Shown here: in pieces, positions 32,396-41,538 of the stretch
Layout of the letters: the number at the start of each line of letters is the position of its first letter
How positions within the stretch are numbered: position 1 is the first letter of the stretch
NCBI GenBank assembly: GCA_027459825.1
Contig: DAIDGT010000004.1
Coordinates: 1 to 62,128, forward strand
Direction: 5' to 3'
DNA length: 62,128 nt
DNA from: a bacterium
Lineage (GTDB): Bacteria; Patescibacteriota; Dojkabacteria; JAKAPS01; JAJZLI01
The notes under the pieces: generated by a model
Told to the model about the DNA's origin: nothing
The model's database searches: none
What the model saw: the letters and a program-made list of their open reading frames with translations, nothing else
Made by a program: the position numbers and the translations under genes

Positions 32396-33387
32396 TTAAA
32401 CCGGAAAAGAAAGTTTCTTTGAAAAATTATACTACATATAAAATTGGTGGGGATGCAGAATATTTCTATCAAGCAAATACACGACAAGAACTAATGTCTG
32501 CAATTCAATTTGCTCTAAAGGAAGAAATGGAAATCAACATCATAGGAGGAGGGAGTAATGTACTGATATCAGATAAAGGGGTAAAAGGATTGACAATAAA
32601 AAATAATGTAAAAGATATTAATATAACAAATAAAGAACCTAATAATTTTGACATAAAAAAAAGCTTTGCAAGATATTCACAAGGAGAGTACATGAAATTC
32701 AATGATCTTGAAGATGATGAAACAAAATATGAAAAAATATTGGTTGAAGTTCAATCGGGTGTAAATTTAACTTTTTTTATAAACCAAATGATAAACAATG
32801 GACTAACAGGCATTCAGTATTTTTCAGGAATTCCAGGAACAATAGGAGGTGCAGTATTCAACAACATTCATGGAGGAACCAGAATAATTGGAGATTTAGT
32901 ATATTCTGCAGAAGTTATGGATAAAGAAGGGAATATTATAGAGGTAAGCCCTGACTTTCTTAAATTTGGTTATGATGAAAGTATACTGCACACAAATCAG
33001 TACTTTTTAATTAGTGTAAAATTTGTACTATTTAAAGGCAACCAGAATATTGCAAAAAAAATTGCATTGGAATGGACAAAAAGAAAGAAGGCAGTACAAC
33101 CAATTTTACCATCAGCTGGATCTGTTTTTAAAAATATTACAGAAGAAGAAAGACAAGCAGTGGGGGCACCGGTAAATTCTTCAGGATGGCTAATTGATCA
33201 AATGGGATTTAAGGGTTTTACAATAGGAGGAGCAAAGGTATACGAAAAACATGCAAACTTTATTGTAAATATGGGATTTGCTAAACAAACTGATGTATCG
33301 GAAATAATAGAAAAGATACAAGAGAGTGCGCTAGAGAAATATAAACTAGAACTTATACCTGAGATAATCTTTAAAGGAGAGAAGTAA
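32392..33387 (+). CDS. murB: UDP-N-acetylenolpyruvoylglucosamine reductase
   Basis: LKNYTTYKIGGDAEYF, IIGGGSNVLISD and PSAGSVFKN motifs. It carries a roughly 40-aa Lys/Asp-rich insertion after the FAD-binding lobe. Confidence 0.88.
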   Translation: MIKPEKKVSLKNYTTYKIGGDAEYFYQANTRQELMSAIQFALKEEMEINIIGGGSNVLISDKGVKGLTIKNNVKDINITNKEPNNFDIKKSFARYSQGEYMKFNDLEDDETKYEKILVEVQSGVNLTFFINQMINNGLTGIQYFSGIPGTIGGAVFNNIHGGTRIIGDLVYSAEVMDKEGNIIEVSPDFLKFGYDESILHTNQYFLISVKFVLFKGNQNIAKKIALEWTKRKKAVQPILPSAGSVFKNITEEERQAVGAPVNSSGWLIDQMGFKGFTIGGAKVYEKHANFIVNMGFAKQTDVSEIIEKIQESALEKYKLELIPEIIFKGEK

Positions 33388-33388
33388 A

Positions 33389-33532
33389 TTATTTTTCCTC
33401 TTCAACAACTTCAAATTTATCCTCACCTTTATATACAAGTTCAATACCACAATAAGGACATTCAACAGTATCTCCAGAATTTAAAGAATTTACATCAAAT
33501 TCATTCTGACATTCAAGACAAGTAACTTTCAT
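33389..33532 (-). CDS. LysW-like zinc-ribbon micro-protein with acidic C-terminal tail
   Basis: MKVTCLECQNEFDVNSLNSGDTVECPYCGIELVYKGEDKFEVVEEEK. The CxxC...CxxCG..L spacing and acidic tail resemble amino-group carrier proteins LysW/ArgW. The track ORF extends to 33583, but the ATG at 33532 fits the family length. Confidence 0.4.
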   Translation of the reverse strand: MKVTCLECQNEFDVNSLNSGDTVECPYCGIELVYKGEDKFEVVEEEK

Positions 33533-33619
33533 AATAATTACATTGTAATAAACTATACATTTTAAATATATCAAATTTAACAAATGGATGCAATTTACAT
33601 TATTAACTAAAAATGAATA

Positions 33620-33628
33620 TGCTATAAT
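33620..33628 (+). promoter_or_regulatory. extended -10 element TGCTATAAT upstream of 33642
   Basis: TGn + TATAAT, located 13 nt before the ATG, with no Shine-Dalgarno sequence. Confidence 0.35.
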
Positions 33629-33641
33629 ATCGCACTAAAAT

Positions 33642-34403
33642 ATGGAGCAAGAAATACACAATCTAGGGAGATTTCAAAGAAAAAGACTAATAGCTCAGAA
33701 ACACAACAGAAGTAATATAAATGAAATCCGAGATTCAGCCAACTACCTCAGATACTTAGTAAGAGCAACACATGATTCAGGGGAAGATAATTGGGAGGTA
33801 CAAGACACAAGAAAATACCCATATGAAGAATCATTCAAAGCACTTTTAAATGGAAAAAGTTTTACAAATATTGCAGAGGAAATACTATCCAAAAAAGGAA
33901 AAGTCATAGCATTGGATTTAATGGGATATGGACAATTTTTAGAAAATCTTCCATTATCACGAGGGATTGCAGTGGCACTATCTGATCCAAGAAAAAAGGT
34001 TCGAAAACAAAGACATATAGATAACATAGATATTGTTACAGGAAACATTCTATTACAAAGAGATAGTTGGAAACATGTACAAGATTGGCTACAGGAAGAT
34101 CTTTTTGATTTAATTGTTGCAAGACCTCAAGGAGGATTAGGATGTTTAGGAAATAACCCAAATATTCATTTTAGGTTATTACAAAGGTGTTGGAGACTAT
34201 TGAGTAGGGAAGGAGGAATTCTATTTACACAGATATCAGAAGAGGTATTTTCAGTCCAAACAGTACAAAAATGGATACAATTATTAGATAGTCAAGGTAT
34301 AAAAACAAATGTTTCATACGAAGAGGTTTCAGGGGATGTTCCTTCTTTATTTATAGAACGAGGAGTAGACTCTCCTGAAAAATTACCTTCGTTAAACCTA
34401 TAA
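33642..34403 (+). CDS. hypothetical protein, possibly a degenerate class I SAM-methyltransferase fold
   Basis: The order of the segments KVIALDLMGYG, DLFDLIVARP and LLSREGGILFTQ resembles MTase motifs I, post-II and a later strand. This is weak evidence. Confidence 0.3.
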   Translation: MEQEIHNLGRFQRKRLIAQKHNRSNINEIRDSANYLRYLVRATHDSGEDNWEVQDTRKYPYEESFKALLNGKSFTNIAEEILSKKGKVIALDLMGYGQFLENLPLSRGIAVALSDPRKKVRKQRHIDNIDIVTGNILLQRDSWKHVQDWLQEDLFDLIVARPQGGLGCLGNNPNIHFRLLQRCWRLLSREGGILFTQISEEVFSVQTVQKWIQLLDSQGIKTNVSYEEVSGDVPSLFIERGVDSPEKLPSLNL

Positions 34404-34422
34404 ACAAAAGTTCAAAAATTTT

Positions 34423-34431
34423 TGATATAAT
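34423..34431 (+). promoter_or_regulatory. extended -10 element TGATATAAT 7 nt upstream of ATG 34439 (leaderless-type)
   Basis: TGn + TATAAT at 34423-34431; ATG at 34439. Confidence 0.4.
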
Positions 34432-34438
34432 AGATTTT

Positions 34439-35020
34439 ATGCCAAAAACAATGGATTTCTTTTTAAACAAAGACTCCAGTATATTGGATGTCATATTACA
34501 CGGATCATCATTAGGTATTCAATCTACACTAATTCAGGGAATAATTAAAAATAGTAAAGATAAAAATCATAGTGTATTAGCATTTAACTTTCCATTTATA
34601 GACAATGGTCTACATATAGTATCAGGTGATAAATTTCCAAAAGAAATGGAAATTTTAGACAATGTTTTAAATTTCGTAAATTATAAAAGATATAAAAAGA
34701 TAAATTTTATAGGCAAATCAATTGGAGGGTTAATAGGTTCATACTATATATATAAAAATCAAAATAGCGCAAATTTTAGCCTAAATATACTAGGATTTAT
34801 AAATAATCAATATATTAAAGAAATAGATTGCAAAATAAATATCATACAAGGACAATATGACAAATTTGGAGAAATAGAGCATGTAAAAGATTACATGAAA
34901 AATGCGCAATCCAGTCGAATATCGTATAAAGAAGTAAAAAATTCTAATCATAGTTTTAGAGACTACAAGTTCAAGGAAAAGAATTATGAAAAAGAAGCAA
35001 TAGAATATATTACCTTATAA
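34439..35020 (+). CDS. small alpha/beta-hydrolase-fold protein
   Basis: 193 aa. Nucleophile elbow GKSIGG (GxSxG), upstream LHGSS, and downstream QGQYDKFG and NHSF as candidate Asp and His positions. Confidence 0.55.
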   Translation: MPKTMDFFLNKDSSILDVILHGSSLGIQSTLIQGIIKNSKDKNHSVLAFNFPFIDNGLHIVSGDKFPKEMEILDNVLNFVNYKRYKKINFIGKSIGGLIGSYYIYKNQNSANFSLNILGFINNQYIKEIDCKINIIQGQYDKFGEIEHVKDYMKNAQSSRISYKEVKNSNHSFRDYKFKEKNYEKEAIEYITL

Positions 35021-35024
35021 AGAC

Positions 35025-35948
35025 ATGATACAAAGACTTACAGGAATTTGGAAATACAAAGACAGCATGAAAGAGATACTTCCGATAAACAGAGTTTCAC
35101 TCGGTGAAGGGGATACACCAATAGAAAGATTACATTTTTTAGAAGTACAGACAGGAGTTGAATATGTATATGCAAAGAGAGAGGATAAAAATCCTACTGG
35201 TTCAGCAAAAGATAGATCAATTGCATATTTTTTTTCGTACTTAAAATCTAAAAATATAAAGGAATTAGTCGTTCCATCTTCAGGAAATACAGCAATATCT
35301 GCAATAAATTACGGGAGACTATCTGGAATAAAAACATATATTTTTATTCCAGAGTCAATACCAAAAGATAAAGAAGCAAGGTTAAAAAAGAGTATAAAAA
35401 ATCACAACTTAGCTCAAATCATAAAATCAAAAAGACCTCTATCGGAATCCATAAAATTTTCAAAGAATAATAATATCAGATTATTTAGAGGTTCTGAAGA
35501 AGTTTATGCAATTGAGGGTTATAAAACCATAGGAATAGAACTTCAAAATTTAAGACCAGAAGCAATTTTTGTTCCAGTAAGCAGTGGAACAACTGCGCTT
35601 GGAATAATGAAAGAATTAAAATGTCAGTTACATGTAGTACAAACATCAAAAATTAATACCATTTCAAAAAACTTTGATAACAATTTTAAAGAGGAAAAAG
35701 AGTCAATTGCAAATGCAATAGTAGCAAGAGTCACTAAAAGAAAAAATTCAATAATAAATACTATAAAGAGAACAAGAGGATGGGCATGGACGGTAGATAA
35801 TAAAGCTATACAAGAAGCTATTATAAATATGGAAAATCATGGAATAAAAACCTCAAACGAGGGAGCAGCTGCAGTAGCTGCTTTTATAAAAGCGGTTGAG
35901 CTTGGATACAAATTTAAAAGGGTTGTTATAATATTTACAGGCAAATGA
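35025..35948 (+). CDS. PLP-dependent enzyme of the tryptophan-synthase-beta superfamily, threonine-synthase-like
   Basis: SLGEGDTPIERL, PLP-lysine motif NPTGSAKDRS and SSGNTAISA. At 307 aa it is shorter than canonical ThrC. Confidence 0.7.
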   Translation: MIQRLTGIWKYKDSMKEILPINRVSLGEGDTPIERLHFLEVQTGVEYVYAKREDKNPTGSAKDRSIAYFFSYLKSKNIKELVVPSSGNTAISAINYGRLSGIKTYIFIPESIPKDKEARLKKSIKNHNLAQIIKSKRPLSESIKFSKNNNIRLFRGSEEVYAIEGYKTIGIELQNLRPEAIFVPVSSGTTALGIMKELKCQLHVVQTSKINTISKNFDNNFKEEKESIANAIVARVTKRKNSIINTIKRTRGWAWTVDNKAIQEAIINMENHGIKTSNEGAAAVAAFIKAVELGYKFKRVVIIFTGK

Positions 35949-37198
35949 TCTCCATAATAGAAAAGATAAAAGATAGGATTGTATATGTATCGAAGGACCC
36001 AATGAGGGCGTTAGGATTAGAGACATTGATACCAAACTTTTACATAGTATCATATGAAGATAGTTATATACTTAATTTCATAAAAAATACGTACTCAATA
36101 AAAAGGAATGAAAGTAACCCAAAACAGAGAGGAGATATAGCATCAATTCTATCTGGCACAATGGTACAAGAGTATATCTCAAGCATACCTGAACCTATAT
36201 CATTTATGTTTTTTAAACCAACGCATGGGGGAGAAGAAATGTTAAATAATCAGAAAATACTTAATACTACATACGCTCTTAATAAAAAATTTGAAGATAA
36301 AATTGAACTTGTAAAATTATTTGAAAAAATGATACCAAAAAGTAAGGTCATAAATTTAGAAACAGAAAACTATAATAATTTAAAAAATATTTTTGGATCC
36401 AAATTTGTAATACAATTTAGTCATGGACACTCAGGAAATACAACTTTTTTTATATCAAATGAAGAAGAATATAATAATTTACAAGAAGAGTATCCTAAGA
36501 GAATTTCAAAAGCAGTTCAATTTATAGAAGGTGAATATTTTACAGTAAATGGAGTAGTTACGAAAAAAGGGATAGTCGTAGGTAATCTATCAAAACAGAT
36601 TACAGGAGTTAAAAATTTAACAGATTTTGCAGGTAGTACAGTAGGGAACAATTGGGATACAAAATTAGAAATCAGAGTGAAAGAGCAAATAAAACTCTTA
36701 ACACAAAATATTGGAAATATACTAGAAACATATGGATACCTGGGAATGTTTGGGATAGATATAATATTTGATGGAAGTAATATTTTCTTAATAGAAATAA
36801 ATCCTAGGGAAAATGCATCAATTCCTGTATTTACACAAGTTCAAATAGAGAATGGATTTATACCATTTAAATTAATACATATTTTAGAGTTTTTAAACAT
36901 AGATTATAGTCTTGATGTAAAAAAAGAAAATGATTTCATATTTCAAGATATCCAATTAACAAATTTAGTTGTCAGAAAAAAAGATAATCAAAAAAATAAA
37001 ATTCTATTTAACGGAGTTTACAATTCAAATTTAGAAAAGATAAGGGAAGGGTATAATATATCAAGCCTCAAGAATAATAATGAAATACTAATACTTTCAA
37101 AAAATGAAATGGGTACTATCAATGAAGAGATAGGGAGGATACAAAAAAGAGGAAATATATCATCTGGTGAGATTAGTCTTATTGCTGATAATATCTAA
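35945..37198 (+). CDS. ATP-grasp-fold ligase (family unassigned)
   Basis: Start overlaps the upstream stop (ATGA). Central segment FVIQFSHGHSGNTTFFI and C-terminal segment GMFGIDIIFDGSNIFLIEINPRENAS are typical of ATP-grasp nucleotide and Mg sites. Confidence 0.6.
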   Translation: MISIIEKIKDRIVYVSKDPMRALGLETLIPNFYIVSYEDSYILNFIKNTYSIKRNESNPKQRGDIASILSGTMVQEYISSIPEPISFMFFKPTHGGEEMLNNQKILNTTYALNKKFEDKIELVKLFEKMIPKSKVINLETENYNNLKNIFGSKFVIQFSHGHSGNTTFFISNEEEYNNLQEEYPKRISKAVQFIEGEYFTVNGVVTKKGIVVGNLSKQITGVKNLTDFAGSTVGNNWDTKLEIRVKEQIKLLTQNIGNILETYGYLGMFGIDIIFDGSNIFLIEINPRENASIPVFTQVQIENGFIPFKLIHILEFLNIDYSLDVKKENDFIFQDIQLTNLVVRKKDNQKNKILFNGVYNSNLEKIREGYNISSLKNNNEILILSKNEMGTINEEIGRIQKRGNISSGEISLIADNI

Positions 37199-38186
37199 CC
37201 AAATAGGATAATAAATCAAAGTATAATCTTTCAACAATTTTTTCTTGTTCATCTCCTACTTTAGAAAAATTTGACATAGAAGGTGCACTATTAATTTCTA
37301 AAATAGTATAATCAGATTCATTAGATATATTATCAATAATCATATCTACACCAGCAAAATTAAGATTCATAGAAGAAACAGCGTCAATAGCAATTCCTGA
37401 AAAAAAAGGAGAGACTTCATTTGTCATGTCAATAACATCTCCTCCTGAGGAAGCGTTTGCGTTATCAAGTAAGTAAAAGATTTTACCTTCATCCAATATC
37501 GAATCAAAAGAAAGTCCATTCCTAGAAAGAACCATAAGAACTTGATCTTTATATACATCCAAATTAAAATTACGTTTTAATTTTTCCAGCTGAAATTTCT
37601 TGTCATTAATCAACTCTAATACATTACTATATCCATTACCTACAATAGAAAGAGGAATTTTTTGATAGCATGCATACAATTTTTTGTTAAAAATTACAAA
37701 TCTATAATCTTTACCTGCATAATATTTTTGAACCAACATAACAGGATTTGCTTTTAAAATTACATTCGATGCCTTGTAATACTCATCCTTACTATTAACT
37801 TTAAATACACATTTCCCTTGACTAAGACTATTAGGCTTTACGATAACGGGAAAACCTATACTGAGAGCAAAATCTAAACCATCATTAATATTCCTCTTTA
37901 TCTGAAGCTTACTATTGTGTGTATCGTTAAAGAAAGTCTTTTCACAAGGAACGGAAAACCCAAAACTCTTCAAAAAATAAGTTGTATAGGCCTTATCATT
38001 TGCAATATCTATTGCCCCACCAGGATTAATATCAAATCTTCCATTATTAAAGAATAACCTCTTACCTGAAGAGGTTATTATATAACCAGCATAACCATAT
38101 TCTTTTTCAAAGACAATTTTTAAATCTAGCTTTGTACAAACATTAACTAGTACACGAGAAATAAACGGCATATTTGTAATTTTCAT
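37179..38186 (-). CDS. RimK/LysX/cyanophycin-synthetase-type ATP-grasp ligase
   Basis: IANDKAYTTYFLKSFGFSVP, FPVIVKPNSLSQGKCVFKV and YTILEINSAPSM. Its 3' end overlaps the convergent ATP-grasp gene by 20 nt. A divergent Ddl cannot be excluded. Confidence 0.6.
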   Translation of the reverse strand: MKITNMPFISRVLVNVCTKLDLKIVFEKEYGYAGYIITSSGKRLFFNNGRFDINPGGAIDIANDKAYTTYFLKSFGFSVPCEKTFFNDTHNSKLQIKRNINDGLDFALSIGFPVIVKPNSLSQGKCVFKVNSKDEYYKASNVILKANPVMLVQKYYAGKDYRFVIFNKKLYACYQKIPLSIVGNGYSNVLELINDKKFQLEKLKRNFNLDVYKDQVLMVLSRNGLSFDSILDEGKIFYLLDNANASSGGDVIDMTNEVSPFFSGIAIDAVSSMNLNFAGVDMIIDNISNESDYTILEINSAPSMSNFSKVGDEQEKIVERLYFDLLSYLVRYYQQ

Positions 38187-38230
38187 TAGATTGTATTATA
38201 CTATAAAAAGAACTAAGGAGGTGGTCATTT

Positions 38231-38326
38231 ATGAATACATGTTCATGTGGAGCAGAGTGTAGTTGCAATGCAGAAAATTGTACTTGTGCTGCAGGTTGTG
38301 CCTGCGCATCTTGCAACCCTGCATAA
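38231..38326 (+). CDS. 31-aa metallothionein-like micro-protein (MNTCSCGAECSCNAENCTCAAGCACASCNPA)
   Basis: 9 Cys in 31 residues, arranged as four CxC pairs plus one. A strong Shine-Dalgarno AAGGAGGTG (38215-38223) lies 7 nt before the ATG. It is below the ORF-track cutoff; the 63-aa minus-strand ORF at 38143..38334 is its antisense shadow. Confidence 0.6.
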   Translation: MNTCSCGAECSCNAENCTCAAGCACASCNPA

Positions 38327-38400
38327 ATAAACAATAATAATAACTATTAAAGTCAGATTCTTTACATGTTAGGGAGTTTGGCTTTTTGTTTCAGTAAATA

Positions 38401-38409
38401 TGATATAAT
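38401..38409 (+). promoter_or_regulatory. extended -10 element TGATATAAT upstream of 38424
   Basis: TGn + TATAAT, located 14 nt before the ATG. Confidence 0.35.
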
Positions 38410-38423
38410 TATCACTATAAATA

Positions 38424-39140
38424 ATGAAAAAAAACATCACTCATAAACTTCCAAAAGAAGCAGAGGAGGTTTACAATAAATTTAAAAATTTTCCTTACTA
38501 CATACATAAATCAGGAGCAAGACTACAAAAATACACTATTGTAGGAAAAGGATATCCTGAAGATATTGAAAAACACTTACAATATATTGTAAAAAGGAAA
38601 ATTGAAAATCCTACAGAAAAGAGGAAGTTAATGGAGGAGAACAAACTAGGAATTGATTGTTCAGGTTTTGTATCATATATTCTTGATGCCATAGTATATA
38701 AAAAAACAGGAAATCATATATGGAAATATATAAAAAAGCCCACAATAAATCCTATTAAAGCAATTTCATACAAATTAAGACCTATATCGTCAAAACTTAA
38801 CGCAGCGACACTAACAAGCGATATAAATACAAACAGGATAAATAATATAAATGAGATACAAGTTGGAGATTTAATAAAATTTAATGGTGGTGCACATGTT
38901 GCCATAATAAATCAGGTTACATATTTCAACAACAGAGTAAAAAGTATAAAATATATCCATTCCACAGAAGGAGCTGGAGTATCAGAAGGAATTATCAACA
39001 TAAAAGATGATAAAAAACCATTAGAAATTCAGGAATGGAAAGAAGTAAAGGGGGCAAAATTTCAACCACTATATCTTTTTAAAAAGAAAATAAATAATAA
39101 TGGTGTAAGAAGGTTAAAGTATATTAATTTATTTGACTAA
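38424..39140 (+). CDS. NlpC/P60-like (papain-fold) cysteine peptidase/amidase
   Basis: Catalytic Cys context LGIDCSGFVSYILD and His context GAHVAIINQV. Confidence 0.55.
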   Translation: MKKNITHKLPKEAEEVYNKFKNFPYYIHKSGARLQKYTIVGKGYPEDIEKHLQYIVKRKIENPTEKRKLMEENKLGIDCSGFVSYILDAIVYKKTGNHIWKYIKKPTINPIKAISYKLRPISSKLNAATLTSDINTNRINNINEIQVGDLIKFNGGAHVAIINQVTYFNNRVKSIKYIHSTEGAGVSEGIINIKDDKKPLEIQEWKEVKGAKFQPLYLFKKKINNNGVRRLKYINLFD

Positions 39141-39144
39141 ATAT

Positions 39145-40242
39145 ATGTTTGCAGGATTAACATTTTTAATTCTATCAGGACTTGTTTCCATTTTAATATC
39201 TCCATCTATAATTGATATGTTATATAAATTTAAAATTGTAAGAGGCAGAAGATATGATGATGTCATAGATAGAATACATAGTAGAAAAGATAAAATTGGA
39301 ACACCTATGATGGGAGGGATAATTGTTATATTAACAGTAATAATAATTACATTAATTTTTAATTGGACGAAATATACCCAACCTGCAATTATAGTACTTT
39401 CCATAGGAGCACTTTTAGGATCAGTAGATGATCTTATGAATATATTTGGTAAAAAGGAAAGGAAAGTATACTCCCTTAAACACCATATAAAACTTGCGCT
39501 AATTCATAAAAATAAATGGAAAAGATTATACCTTTTTCTAACTACACCATGGGCATTATACAAAAGTCTTTTTAATTCAGTTGGATCAAGATACGGAACA
39601 GGACTTTACCCTCATGAAAGAATATTAGTACAGATAATGTCTGGGATTGTTGCTTCATATTTTATATTTTTTAAATTAGGTATACAAAGTATATGGTTAT
39701 TTTCAAATCATTATTTAAACATGGGATTATGGATAATTCCTGTAATCCTACTTATGATAATAGCAACAGCAAATGCAGTTAATATATCAGACGGAGTTGA
39801 TGGTCTTGCCGCAGGTGTTATGGTAGCGTCATTTATGTCCTTTTTTGTAATAGCATTACAGGAGGGAAATGAAAGTATAGCTATAATATGCGCAACAGTA
39901 TCAGGGGCACTAGTAACATACTTATATTTTAACATTAAGCCAGCAAGAATTCAGATGGGAGATATAGGAACACTAGGACTAGGATCTCTTCTTGCAGTTA
40001 TATCAATTATACTAAGAAAAGAAATTTTACTTATTATAATTGGAGGGATATTTGTCATAGAAACACTTTCAGTAATAACACAAAAACTATATAAAAGGTT
40101 CTTTGGGAAAAAAATATTTTTAATGTCTCCACTACACCATCATTTAGAAATGTTAGGATGGTCTGAAGAAAAAATAACTGCAAGATTATGGCTTTTTGCG
40201 TTTGCTTTAGCAATAGTAGGTATTTGGATATCAATGCTCTAA
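39145..40242 (+). CDS. mraY: phospho-N-acetylmuramoyl-pentapeptide transferase
   Basis: GTPMMGGI, NAVNISDGVDGLAAG, MGDIGTLGLG and SPLHHHLE motifs. The track start at TTG 39133 overlaps the upstream gene, so the ATG at 39145 is preferred. Confidence 0.92.
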   Translation: MFAGLTFLILSGLVSILISPSIIDMLYKFKIVRGRRYDDVIDRIHSRKDKIGTPMMGGIIVILTVIIITLIFNWTKYTQPAIIVLSIGALLGSVDDLMNIFGKKERKVYSLKHHIKLALIHKNKWKRLYLFLTTPWALYKSLFNSVGSRYGTGLYPHERILVQIMSGIVASYFIFFKLGIQSIWLFSNHYLNMGLWIIPVILLMIIATANAVNISDGVDGLAAGVMVASFMSFFVIALQEGNESIAIICATVSGALVTYLYFNIKPARIQMGDIGTLGLGSLLAVISIILRKEILLIIIGGIFVIETLSVITQKLYKRFFGKKIFLMSPLHHHLEMLGWSEEKITARLWLFAFALAIVGIWISML

Positions 40243-40251
40243 TATTTAAAT

Positions 40252-41538
40252 ATGAAAAAAAAATTTAGAGAATATATAACTGCATATTTTTGGTATTTTG
40301 CACATTTGTATCTTATAAAATACCAAATTTACTGTATAGGAGTCACAGGGAGTTTTGGAAAATCTTCAACTGTTGATGCCATCTATCAAATACTCAAAGA
40401 TTCTATCAGGGTAAAAAAAACAATTAATGCGAATTCTGAAATAGGTATTCCTCTTGATGTATTTGGACTTCACACACATGGAAGCATACTAGAATTACTA
40501 AAATACATAATTATTTTACCTATTAAGTACATGACAAGTAGAAAGAGGTTTGATGTATACGTTATAGAAATGGCAGTTGATCACCCTGGTGATATGGAAT
40601 ATCTAATGAATAAAATCCCTCTCAAAATAGGAGTACTCTTAAGTATAGGAAAAGTACACACAGAAAATTTTAACGGGGAGGATAGGGAGTATGAGATATA
40701 TAAGGAAAAATCAAAAATTATAACAATGCTTAAACAAGGAGGTATAGGTATAATAAATAATGATATACCATATGCAAATGACATAAAAGGAGAGAATATC
40801 ATAAAACTTTCTACTAAAGATGACAGTGTAAAGTATTATGCATACGATATACAAAATACAGAAGAAGGCTTTAGTATGAAAACAAATGATATTACACTAA
40901 ATATAAACAATTACATATTAACAAAAAGCTATTCATATAATTTTCTTTCTGCACTTGCAGTAGGTGACATCTTCAAAATAGATAAAGAGAGTCAAAAAAA
41001 CAGCATATCTAATTTTAAGTTACCTCCATCAAGAATGACACTTTTCAATGGAATAAATAAATCAAAAGTTATTGACAGCTCATACAACGCATCAGCAAAC
41101 CCAACTATTGAAATATTGCAAATGATATCTCATATGCAATTTAACAGAAAAATATTTGTATTTGGGGATATGAGAGAATTGGGACAAGATAGCAAAAAAG
41201 AACACGAAAGAGTTGCACAGGAGGCAGTAAAATATATAGATTACATAATCACAATAGGTGAGATGACAAAAAAATATTTCATTCCAGAAGTCATAAGGTT
41301 GGGATTTGATAATAATAAAATGAAAAGCTTTGAAAATTCATATCAGGCAGCAGAATTTATTAAAAATATAATAAAGGAGCAAGACCTGGTAATAGTAAAA
41401 GGATCTCAAAATAAAATATTTACAGAAATTGTTGTTGAGAATATTATAACTGATGATAAAAATCTAATATGTAGAAGGGGAAAATACTGGGAAGAACAAA
41501 GACAAAAATACAAAATGGTCATTAAAAATTTCACATAA
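40252..41538 (+). CDS. murF: Mur ligase family protein, MurF-like (UDP-MurNAc-tripeptide--D-Ala-D-Ala ligase)
   Basis: P-loop GVTGSFGKSST and DSSYNASANP, with the position next to mraY. The N-terminal domain is short, so the specific Mur paralogue is not certain. Confidence 0.65.
   Translation: MKKKFREYITAYFWYFAHLYLIKYQIYCIGVTGSFGKSSTVDAIYQILKDSIRVKKTINANSEIGIPLDVFGLHTHGSILELLKYIIILPIKYMTSRKRFDVYVIEMAVDHPGDMEYLMNKIPLKIGVLLSIGKVHTENFNGEDREYEIYKEKSKIITMLKQGGIGIINNDIPYANDIKGENIIKLSTKDDSVKYYAYDIQNTEEGFSMKTNDITLNINNYILTKSYSYNFLSALAVGDIFKIDKESQKNSISNFKLPPSRMTLFNGINKSKVIDSSYNASANPTIEILQMISHMQFNRKIFVFGDMRELGQDSKKEHERVAQEAVKYIDYIITIGEMTKKYFIPEVIRLGFDNNKMKSFENSYQAAEFIKNIIKEQDLVIVKGSQNKIFTEIVVENIITDDKNLICRRGKYWEEQRQKYKMVIKNFT

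Noticed and set aside
38143-38334. 63-aa minus-strand ORF
   Set aside because: It is the antisense shadow of the Cys-codon-rich 38231..38326 micro-ORF, which has a strong Shine-Dalgarno sequence. The minus-strand ORF has none and overlaps the start of the ATP-grasp gene.
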